Source of the DNA: Selaginella moellendorffii
Taxonomy: Eukaryota; Plantae; Lycopodiophyta
Direction of reading: 5' to 3'
DNA length: 64,000 bases
Assembly (NCBI RefSeq): GCF_000143415.4
Contig: NW_003314298.1
Location: 1,340,248-1,404,247, forward strand
Both the position numbers and the translations under genes were made by a program. Positions 36,775-47,338 of the stretch are shown here, piece by piece. Within the stretch, counting starts at the first letter, position 1. Each line of letters begins with the position of its first letter. Under the pieces are notes generated by a model. That model did not search any database. It saw only the letters and a program-made list of their open reading frames with translations, and was not told the origin of the DNA.

Positions 36775-39281
36775 TACGGCTACAATGTGGTATATTAATA
36801 TTAGTGTAGTGGGATTCTGGTATATATATTACCTTGGCTAGGTAATACACTAATTATAATATTATAGCATATGGACCATCCATTTGGGATTGAATCTAGT
36901 CCATCCATTCTTGTATAGAAGTAAAGGTTTAAACCCTAATTAATATACCTATTCATTGGAAGAACTGAAAGACATTGCAATTTGTCATTAAAAGATATAG
37001 TTTTTTGGCAATGCTTTACTCTAGTATTTTTATTTTTATTTCTTCATTTTATTTTAGATCTAAATCTGTATTAATTTTTTGCAAGATCTAGAATTTTAAC
37101 TATTGTTGTGTTTAGATTTACTCTTTCTTTTAATCTTTATTGCATTATCTTCTTCTACTATGCCACACTATCATCAATTAAAGAGTGTGTCATTTGAAGC
37201 TATTAATGTTGTTTTTTTAGATCGAACTTTTGGTGTTATAGAGTATTATTTTATTAGTGCTACACCCATGTAGTCTCCAACTTCCATAGGATAAGATTAC
37301 ACAACTTATTTTGTTTTCGTTATTCTACCATTTTTCATTGATATGGAGCAAGCTATGGATGATGCAGTTTGGTTGTTGAAAAATGTTTGAGGATCAAGTT
37401 TACAGAAAGATAATACTTACGAGCTTAAATAAATTTCAGATTGTGATGAAAAATTTGATTATTATAGAGATAGCTTTAGAGATGAGTTAAAGATTTTATG
37501 GCGTAAGCGTTAATCCTTCAATTTGCCATTTAATATTTTCTCTTTACCTTTTATTCTGTCCCAACCTTTTCTTATTTATTAGCTTGAGCCACCTTCTCAT
37601 ATTCCTAGTGTTTCTTCCTTATCTGCAATATTTTGTTTTCCTAACACGTCGATTATTTATGACTTTTATGATTTTCATTCTCAATTAGTGTTGAATTGAG
37701 TGTTTTTTGTCCTCCTAATATTGATCTAGATATTGAGTATTCCCATGTTTCAATGGTTGAGTCACTTTTGGCTAGAATTTCAAATTACATCCCCACTTTT
37801 TAATGTTGTTGACAGAATTATCGATGAGTAGGTATAGTTCTTTTGCTTTGGTTTAAAATTATGGCTTTGAGGTTTATTTAAGCATTTGGTAGTTGTATAT
37901 AAAGTTGCAATTAGTTCGTTAGGATTTTGCAGTCAATTGATGCTTATGCTATATTTTTAGGTTTTATTTCAGTCGTAGTTCAGAATGAGCAAAAGTTCAC
38001 TTGATCCATATGCAATAAAGATTAAATGGATGCCACTATATGGATTTATGATGATTTAGGTCTAGTCATGAATAATTGATTGACCTTTATTTGTCTTAGC
38101 CACTTTTAACAAGAATTCAAAGAAATCTTTGCTAATTTATATGATTATTAATAAAATATTACTGGCAGATAATCATCTAGTTAAAGTCAAATAATTTATC
38201 AAAATAATGGCTCATAAAATTTTGTAATTATTTAAACATAAAAATCTCATAAATTAAGAGTCATTGCATTGGAAAACAATAACAGCCCTTCAAATTATAT
38301 TAAATTTAGATCATCTAAATTGTAACACAAAACCACTAAAAATAATATACACAAAAATAATATCATTATCCTGAACTGCTGTCTAGGTATATTATAATCC
38401 GGCCGAATAGAATATTTGCAGTCCGTGGAGTATATAAATCCAAGACGGCGCTAGGGCATTTCTTTGGGGGCCTCTGGCGGTTGAGCTCGGGAGGATTGCT
38501 TGCCTGTGTGCCCGCTTCTTCCTTCTAACTATTTCTCTCGCTTGTGGCGTAGATGGAGCTGGATCTGGATGGCGCCCATGGTGAGTGATCGCATCTCTCC
38601 TTTGCTTGCTTGATTGTTTTGCTGTGGAGCTTGGTTTTTCTTGCTTGGGTGCTTTCTTTCTCCTCTTTGCCGCAAGAAGGCGAAGAGCTCGACTAGATTT
38701 CCCACGCCTCCAGCAGCCCACCGGACAAAGTCCGGCCCGACCTGGGGACATCCTGGCTCGGGCGTTTTCCTTTGGAGGCGGCGCCTCCAAATGGGACTCG
38801 TGGGTAATTTGCAAGAGGGGGCTGCCGCGCTGGTGGAGGTACTCGGCGAGCGCCTCTACTAGGCTACTGTGGCGGCCTCCACAAATTCCTTAATTCTAAA
38901 GAAGCACACACCACCTTTCGCGAGGTGGTCACTTTTCTTAATTTCTACGAGTCTGAATTTGAAGAAAACGCTCTGCTACTTGACTTTTCGTTTTCTTCAA
39001 AGAGAGCAAAAATATACGAAGAAAGGTAGTAAATTCCAAGCAACTCCATAACTCCAAGATGGAATTACAGTGTAAAGGAGAATGAAATCCATGCAAGGTT
39101 GTAGGCTTTCAAACCTGGTGCTGCGAAGCTTCAGACACAAGCGGCGGCCTCGGCACCAACAAGTCCTCCCATCGCAGGTGAGCTCTCGATCTCTATTTCT
39201 CTCGCTCGATCGAGAATGCATGCCCTTGCATGCGCGATTTCTTCTCACGCCATGTCTTGCAGCTCGCCTTGTCTGGTTCCA

Positions 39282-40371
39282 ATGGCTGTCATCGCCAACG
39301 TTTGCGGGACTCCCATGAGGAGCGCTCTCATTCCCAGCCATGAGATCCATCTTGCCAAGCCAATCAAGGTCTCTATTTCGGTGAGGAGCGGCAAGGTACC
39401 AGCGATTGCGATGACTGCCGCAGCTGAGTATCGATCGCTTTGTTTTCTTTTCTTCTTTCATGAAAGCTTGGATTCTTTTTTCTCTCTTTGCATGCACAGG
39501 GAGCGTCGCGAAGCAAGACAGCAGCAAGACTTCGCAGATCATGCACTGGCTCTCTACCGAGAAGATCGAGATGTTTAAGTCGCTCGAGACCTGGGCGGAG
39601 GAATCCATCCTCCCATTCCTCCGGCCGGTGGAGAAATGCTGGCAGCCCCAGGACTATCTCCCGGAGCCATCCTCGGAGAGCTTCTATGACGAGGTCCTTG
39701 AGCTGAGGGAGCGAGCCGAGAGCTTGCGCTTCTGCCTCGTCGGGGACATGACCACCGAGGAAGCGCTGCCAACTTACTTGACGATGCTCAACACTCTCGA
39801 TGGCACCCGCGACGAGACCGGTGCGAGCCCGAGTCCGTGGGCAGTGGTGCCTGGACTGCCGAGGAGAATCGCCATGGTGATGTGCTCAACAAGTATCTCT
39901 ACCGCACTGGACGAGTCGACATGAAGCAAATCGAGAAGACGATCCAGTACTTGATCGGTTCTGGAATGGTAAAGAGCCAGAGTTTCTTCTTTCTCGGGAA
40001 CTCAAAAGTTCGGGTTTTCCATCTTTGCAGGATCCCCAGACCGAGAACAATCCATATCTCGGGTTCATCTACATGTCCTTCCAGGAGCGAGCCACTGCCA
40101 CACGGCAACACTGCTCACCACGCCAAGGAGCACGGAGACCACCCTCGCGACTGTTTGCGGCCTCATCGCAGCCGACGAGAAGCGGCACGAGAATGCTTAC
40201 ACCAGGATCGTGTTTGAGCACTTCTCTTTAGTGGCACAGAGGACGGGAGTGTAAACTGCCAACGATTACGCAGGAACTCTGGAGCACTTGGTCAAGAGAT
40301 GGAACGTCAAGTCCATCACTGGACTGTCTGCTTGCGCGCAAAAGGCCCAGGATTTCGTGTGTGGTCTCTAG
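39282..40371 (+). pseudogene. SAD: Acyl-ACP desaturase pseudogene, copy 6 (duplicate of copy 2)
   Basis: Near-identical to 14301-15399 with additional small deletions. Confidence 0.9.
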
Positions 40372-42669
40372 GCGTAAAAGGTAAAGGTGTACATTACGAG
40401 TTAATGTTCCAATAATTTGCTTTGTTTTATTTTGTTTAGACACCATCTAAAATAAAAGAGTTTATAATAAGCATGTGCATTGTTTTATACATTTTTTTTC
40501 TTTTGATTGTTTAGGAATTAACCAGTGGATATACATAGAATATATTTGAATATTTGAATATATTTTATTATTCAGCACCATATACTAATATTGGGATTTT
40601 GATATCTATTCAAATTGGTGAGTATCAAAATCCCAATATTAGTATATGGCATAACTAGACCTCAAGTAATGACCACTTGCTCTTGTATATAAATTACAAT
40701 TTTTGGATTAACATTTATGTATTCCAATTTTGTATTTCATGCACCCACCACAGTTAATACTCATTTAAAATTTCTGAATAAAATACATTCTAACTTATTC
40801 TACCATCTAATGATTTATGATATTTATATAATTTATAAAATTTGTGAGTAAGTTAGTCACTTTTCTTATTATGGTTTCTCCAGCATTAGTCTTTCAGATG
40901 GAGAGGTGATGTCCCAATGTAATCTCTTGTACTGATATCATTGTTCATATGAACAAAGTGAGAAATAATCTATAATTGATAGGAAACAAGAGGTTAAGAA
41001 AATGGAAGAATACCACAGATAAATGAATTAAGTATACCTTGAAACTCTTTGACTTTTAGATTCAATAGCAAAGTTTGGTGGTAGCACCATCATTTAGTCA
41101 GGTCAATCATCAAGGAAACACATTGGTGTGATGAAAATTGTGTCATATTTTTTCTTTTGGCCATAATTTTTGAGTTTAGATCCATGATAATATAGATCAC
41201 TAACATGATAATCCGACTGGCTCCAGAATCCAAACCAAGGTTATAAATTGTCCTTGTTTTTTTTAGCAAGATTTAATATAATTGAGATGGCAAAGGAAAA
41301 GAGTTTATTGATAACTAATTAATGTCAAGGATAATGCCCTATGAGTGCTTTGTGAAGGATTTCACAACAAACATGTATTGTCTCTACTTGTTAGCAACTG
41401 TTTATAATTGTATTATATTTTAACTTGACTATGAACTCTTATTAAATTAAAGGGAATTAACATTTTCATTTCCACAATGTTTCTATTGTATATATTAATT
41501 ATTTCATATGAGGCAACTAATTATTCATCTATATGGCAGTCTTATAGTAGATAATAGCTCAAAAAAGTCTTAGATCTACATAAAGGATATTCAAAATATC
41601 AAAATATTCTCACAGACTCACAAAGTTGGAACAATAATTATATAATTATGATATCTTTTATCAATGGATGCTTTAAAAGACAAAAAACATATTTATAAAT
41701 ACTTAATACTTGTGTCATTTGCCCTAATACCATGATCTCTCTCCCTTTTACCCAATTAAAAAATGGGAAATTATTTTATAAGAAAACCTTTAATGGACAC
41801 TTTATCTCTATTTTCCCTCTAAAATTTTAACAATCCATAGTGACAGTATATGTAAATATCAAACATATCATACCATATAGCACCTATATATCATTCCACT
41901 CACAAAACTTCTTCATCTCTCTTATTTTTCAAAATCACTATTGTTTATTGTCATGCCCACTACAAACTCAATATAAGTTATATTTTGAAATATTTCTCAT
42001 GACTTAGATCCTTTGTCTTGATCGTCTAATGCAATATAGAAAAAATAAAAAATAAAATGTATATACAAGGAATTATAAGAAAAAACAGTTGATATGGATT
42101 TCATTATAAGTAATTTCCATGTATAATAATTCTATACATGTTTATAATGTCAAAATTAGTATCTTATATTTAATAATCTTTATTTGGAGGGGCTAATGTT
42201 TTAAAGATAGCTTTTTTATCTATTGTGATAATATGCTGAAAACATGAAAGTTCTACTTCACTTTATTTTTCTTTGAAAATGAAAAACTAGAATTGAAAAA
42301 AAGAGCCAATATTGAAAAAAAAAATCCCACATGAAATTTATACTTTATTTATTTTAATCTAGAAAAATAGGTAAATAACACTTGTTTAAAGAAGTTTTTT
42401 TCAGTGTTGAAATTAAAGTGACCTTTAGCAAGAATTCAAAGAACTCTTTGCTGATTTATATGATTTTTAATAAAATGTTACTGGCAGATAATCATCAAGC
42501 TAAAGTCAAATAATTTATCAAAATAATGGCTCATAATTTTTTTTAATTATTTAAACAATAAAATCAGAGTCATTGCATATAATAGCTCTCCAAATTATAT
42601 TAAATTTAGATCATCTAAATTGTAACATAAAACCACTAAAAAGACTAAAATAAACAAATTTTTAACTTC

Positions 42670-44750
42670 TGTCTAGGTATAATCCGGCCGAATAGAATAT
42701 TCGCAGTCCGTGGAGTATATAAATGCAAGACCTGCGGCGTTAGGGCTTTTCTTTGGGGGCCTCTGGCGGTTGAGCTCGGGAGGATTGCTTGCCTGTGTGC
42801 CCGCTTCTTCCTTCTAACGATTTCTCTCGCTTGTGGCGTAGATGGAGCTGGATCTGGATGGCGCCCATGGTGAGTGATCGCATCTCTCCTTTGCTTGCTT
42901 GATTGTTTTGCTGTGGAGCTTGGTTTTTCTTGCTTGGGTGCTTTCTTTCTCCTCTTTGCCGCAAGAAGGCGAAGAGCTCGACTAGATTTCCCACGCCTCC
43001 AGCAGCCCACCGGACAAAGTCCGGCCCGACCTGGGGACATCCTGGCTCGGGCGTTTTCCTTTGGAGGCGGCGCCTCCAAATGGGACTCGTGGGTAATTTG
43101 CAAGAGGGGGCTGCCGCGCTGGTGGAGGTACTCGGCGAGCGCCTCTACCAGGCTACCGTGGCGGCCTCCACAAATTCCTTAAATCTAAAGAAGCCTGCTC
43201 TTTTGTTGTTCTTACAAGGTCTCTCTTCTCCAAGTCCAAGAAAATGGATCTCTACTCCACGATGAAGTGCTGGGGATTCAAGCCAAATGCCTTGAAGGCT
43301 TGTGCCGCTCTGGCAGCTCTCTCTCGAGGATGGATTGCTTGGATCGGGCCAACGGCAGTGTATTGGACCAAACCTCTTCGTCTCGTAGAAATGTCCCAAG
43401 TGTGAGAACTCCGAGGTTGTGTTTGATACTGGTCCATAGTGACGTGGAATTCTTTGATAGTGGTGATGGGGAGCGGCTCTCGAGGCTTTGTGAGAACTTT
43501 CACCGCCGCTTGCACGCGAGAAGATGAAACTGAAATCGAGGGGGTCTCAGCATGAAAACTTAATAATTTATTAAATAATTAGGTTTAATAATACTAATTG
43601 AAAACCTCGTATATTAAAGAATAATGTTTTTCTCAAACCCTAGCTATGCGCTGGTGCTGGATCTAGACGACACGCTGGAATGCAGAAAGAACTCAACTAT
43701 GCCTAGTAGCGTTCCTCAGCAAGATGGCGCAGGTATACAAGCTCATAATCTTCAGTGTGTCAGACTCGTAGGACTGTCTCCCGGAGCTATCCTCGGAGAG
43801 CTTCTACGATGAGGTCCGTGAGCTGAGGGAGCGAGCCGAGAGCTTGCCCAACGACTACTTCTTCTGCCTCGTCGGGAACATGATCACCGAGGAAGCGCTG
43901 CCAACTTACTTGACGATGCTCAACACTCTCGATGGCACCCGCGACGAGATCAGTGCGAGCCCAAGTCCATGGGCACTGTAGTGGCGTGCCTGGACTGCCG
44001 AGGAGAATTGCCATGGTGATTTGCTCAACAAGTATCTCTACCTCACTGGACGAGTCGACTTGAAGCAAATCGAGAAGACGATCCAGTACTTATCGGTCCT
44101 GGAATGGTAAAGAGCCAGAGTTTCTTCTTTCTCGGGAACTCAAAAGTTCGGTTTCCATCCTTGCAGGATCTCCAGACCGAGAACAATCCATATCTCGGGT
44201 TCATCTACACCTTCTTCCAGGAGCGAGCCACCGCCATCTCTCACGGCAACACTGCTCGCCACACGACTGTTTGCGGCCTCATCGCATTCGATGAGAAGCG
44301 GCATGAGAATGCTTACACCAGGATCATGGAGAAGCTGTTTGAGATCGATTCGGAGGGCGCAATGCTGGGGCTGGAGGACATGATGAGGAAGAAGATCTCC
44401 ATGCCGGCTCATCTCATGTACGACGGCCAGGACAAGAACCTGTTTGAGCACTTCTCTTTGGTGGCACAGAGGATGGGGGTGTCCACTGCCAAGGGTTACG
44501 CAGGAATTCTGGAGCACTTGGTCAAGAGATGGAATGTCGAGTCCATCACTGGATTGTCTGCTCGCGCGCAAAAGGCCCAGGATTTCGTGTGTGGTCTCCC
44601 TCCTCGGATCTTGAGACTGGAGGAGCGAGCTCAGAGCAGGGAGAAGAAGGGCCCCAAGACTGGAACGTTTAGCTGGATTTTCAATAGCGAAGTCGTTCTC
44701 TAGGCGTAAAAGGTAAAAGGTGTACATTACGAGTTAATGTTCCAATAATT
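42670..44750. repeat. Start of a third unit (module A, NIF fragment, SAD); right boundary of the array
   Basis: Matches 24746-26810 and 1-1800. Similarity stops at ~44750, just before the aspartic protease stop codon. Confidence 0.85.
43769..44703 (+). pseudogene. SAD: Acyl-ACP desaturase pseudogene, copy 7 (NIF-fused type, different 3' end)
   Basis: 5' part matches copies 1 and 5 with the same stop and frameshift. 3' part has GLPPRIL and KTGTF variants that are closer to copy 4. Confidence 0.9.
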
Positions 44751-44811
44751 AAGGCTTTGCAAGAGTCAATTTTGAATGTTTTTTGCAAATTTGAATTTAG
44801 GGCATGTGCAA

Positions 44812-46263
44812 TCATTTGCACTGCTGAGGAGCAAAGGCTAGGTGGCTCTTCTGCAAATCAAATCCAATCCGGAAGCTCTGCTGCTGGATGTTGCCGATGA
44901 TCCCGAGCTCCATGGACGTGGGAGCAAACGCCAGGCAGAAACTCCCGGCAGTGTTGATCGGGATCAAGTAATTCGTAGGAGGGAGCTGGAGATCCGCCCC
45001 ATTCTCGAAGTGGAGTACCAGCGCAGGCACATCCACGCTCGCCTTCCCGGAGAAATTGTAGCACGTATCGAAGAGCGAGTAGCGTGGAGCCGACGGGAGG
45101 TTGATCGTGGCATTCCGGAACGCGTCGCGGATGGTGGCGTAGACCGAGGTCGGGAACCGAGTGACCGAGGTCCCAGAGTCGATGATCACGCCCCCGCTGC
45201 CACTCTGCGAGAGCTGGAGGGATTTGAGCGAGATGGGGAGCTGGGCGCCGCCGACGCTCACTCCGATCATGGCCGCGTAGTAGAAGGTGTCCAACTTTGG
45301 GTTCTTGAGCAGCGGCGAAAGCGCGGCGGTGGACGGGATCGCGGCGACACCGAATATCAGGCTGCTGGACGAGCGCGTCATTGGGTTGCTGCGATCCACG
45401 AGGCAGTAGGAGAAGGAATTCGCGGTGGAGGAGTTCGTCGAGGACGCGAATATCTGAGATGGGAAGGAGAGCTTTCCAGCGCCCAGGCCGAGGAGGCCAG
45501 CGGCGCCAGCGAAGAGCCCCTCGTTGTCAAACCCGCAGCCAAACGCGACGCTCATCGCTTTGCTGCCCGTGCCGAGCGTGAAGAGATCGCTGGAGAAATC
45601 GCCCACCGAGAAGGATCCATCGCCATACGCGACTTGGTACGAGCAGCGGCTGGTGGCACCGCGGCTGCCACTGCAGCTGTGGACCTCGAGAGCCTTGCAG
45701 AGCGGCGAGAGGCAAGGGATCCGCTGGAAGGAGCTCGAGTTCCTTGGATCGAAGATGGGGTCGGCTTGCTTGTAGCAGCTCTTGCATGGCTGGCATTGGA
45801 GCCAGGGGAGATCGCTGCCGGTGTCCACCACCATGAAGAGCGATCGAGCCGGAGTTCCAAGGCCGAGGCGAACGAAGTACTCGCCACTTCCATACAGGAG
45901 GCCGGAGGTGACGGGTCCATTGAGATCGGTCGAAGAAGCCTCGTCCTTCTTCTTCCCTGCGAGCTTGGCCTTGCTTTCGATCCATCTCACTCGCCGCTCG
46001 TCCCTCTGGAGCGTCTCGAGCAGCAGCTGCTCGTGAGTGTGGAGCTTCTCCTTTGCTTCCCGGAGGAGCGAGTTCCTGTGGATGAGTTCCAACGACAAGG
46101 TACCACCATCCCGCGGGGAAAGCTGGAGCTTGTTCTCGACGGGGTGGCGGAGCTCTCGCAAAAGCGTGGCGACATCGAGCGTGTTCCAGTGGCGGGGAGT
46201 CAGATCTGCGGAGACGAGCAGCGCAATTGTGAGCGAGGCCAACACAAATCCAAACGCGCGCAT
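44812..46263 (-). CDS. Secreted pepsin-like (A1, nepenthesin/ASPG1-type) aspartic protease, 483 aa, intronless
   Basis: Signal peptide MRAFGFVLASLTIALLVSA. Motifs SGEYFVRLGLGTP, catalytic DTGS and DSGT, QCQPCKSCY insert, FGCG, GNIQQQ. Uninterrupted ORF. Confidence 0.93.
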   Translation of the reverse strand: MRAFGFVLASLTIALLVSADLTPRHWNTLDVATLLRELRHPVENKLQLSPRDGGTLSLELIHRNSLLREAKEKLHTHEQLLLETLQRDERRVRWIESKAKLAGKKKDEASSTDLNGPVTSGLLYGSGEYFVRLGLGTPARSLFMVVDTGSDLPWLQCQPCKSCYKQADPIFDPRNSSSFQRIPCLSPLCKALEVHSCSGSRGATSRCSYQVAYGDGSFSVGDFSSDLFTLGTGSKAMSVAFGCGFDNEGLFAGAAGLLGLGAGKLSFPSQIFASSTNSSTANSFSYCLVDRSNPMTRSSSSLIFGVAAIPSTAALSPLLKNPKLDTFYYAAMIGVSVGGAQLPISLKSLQLSQSGSGGVIIDSGTSVTRFPTSVYATIRDAFRNATINLPSAPRYSLFDTCYNFSGKASVDVPALVLHFENGADLQLPPTNYLIPINTAGSFCLAFAPTSMELGIIGNIQQQSFRIGFDLQKSHLAFAPQQCK

Positions 46264-46730
46264 TGAAGAACACCACATTGACACCAGAGAACCAAAGCCA
46301 CTGGATGGAAGAACGAACGAATCACGGGCCCAGGAAACTAAAGGCTGCCAATCCAATCCGGTCAAGCAATCATCAAAAGCTAGAGCTCTCACGCGACGAG
46401 AATTCAGGACACAGAGGAGAAAAAAGAGCTTCTTAAAAGCTCCACTCACCAGGGAACAAAGAAGGAGAAGAGCTCCTCTCCTCGCCTTCTCGCTTTCGTC
46501 CTCCTCCTTGTCAATGCCAGTCGCATAGAAACAAAATTTGCCGGAACAAGAGCCGGGGCTTTCCCCGTGACTGAACAGCGCCGCTCGTGACGAGCCTATC
46601 AGATCCTCATCCCTGCCGCTGAACGCCGCCCCCGCCTCGCCCCATTCCCGTGAGCTCCTGGGGGAAGAACCCTAGGACAGCGCTACAGAACAAAATGCCC
46701 AGAAGTACTTCCGACTTGGCAGCATTGCAT

Positions 46731-46846
46731 TTTGCCACGTGCTCAAGCTTTCGTACGTCCACATGTCATCATATACTTTTGCCACGTGTACCAGACTCTA
46801 ACCTTTTTACTTACGTGTGCGTTAAAGGCTTATGGAGAGTATATAG
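46731..46846 (+). promoter_or_regulatory. G-box/ABRE cluster and TATA box
   Basis: GCCACGTG with cores at 46736 and 46783, ACGTGT at 46813, TACGTC at ~46754, TATATAG at 46840, about 30 bp before ATG 46874. Confidence 0.5.
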
Positions 46847-46873
46847 CCAAGCCCTTGTGATGCTTTGCAAGAT

Positions 46874-47338
46874 ATGGAGAAGAAAGCTAAGCAAACCCTT
46901 CCAGAAAAGGCGGTGGCGTTTGATTCCAATGGAAATTACTACTACTATCCAACGTGGGAGGACATCGTAAAGCGCACGCCTGGGGATTCTCTCCGGACCG
47001 TGAGAGCCAGGTTTGAGGATGGTTACTTTCGAATGGTGGTAAAACCCACGTTTACCATGAGAGATGCTCGGGCGGGCATCAGCCCAAGGATCGCTGGAGT
47101 GGTAAAACTCGCGACGGCGTTGCAGGATTTCCCCGGGGAGGATTTGCATGGATGGATCGATCCCGACGTGAATGCCGTGCTTTTCAAGGGAGTGAAGAGA
47201 GGGGTGCTAAACGAGGAGCGCGGGCGAGGGATTTGCAGGGATGTTCTTGGGCGAGAGGTTGTCAAGGATGCCAAAGGAGAAATCGTGTTAAGGAGAAATC
47301 CACGGCGCAAAAGGAAAGAACATATAAAAGCTTATTAA
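46874..47338 (+). CDS. Hypothetical protein, 154 aa
   Basis: ATG-initiated ORF with protein-like composition behind TATA and G-boxes. Family not recognised. Confidence 0.5.
   Translation: MEKKAKQTLPEKAVAFDSNGNYYYYPTWEDIVKRTPGDSLRTVRARFEDGYFRMVVKPTFTMRDARAGISPRIAGVVKLATALQDFPGEDLHGWIDPDVNAVLFKGVKRGVLNEERGRGICRDVLGREVVKDAKGEIVLRRNPRRKRKEHIKAY

Larger units (their letters stand above)
24746..42669. repeat. Segmental tandem repeat, unit 2 (~17.9 kb; lacks the ~7 kb NIF-NIF-SAD4 sub-unit)
   Basis: Collinear with unit 1 up to the module A copy at ~17.7 kb/42.7 kb, then restarts. Offset 26165 to 44104 is 17,939. Contains N gaps at 34778-35422 and 36675-36774. Confidence 0.85.

Noticed and set aside
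44842-46266. 474-aa plus-strand ORF antisense to the aspartic protease
   Set aside because: Shadow ORF expected from a GC3-rich coding strand. No recognisable motifs.
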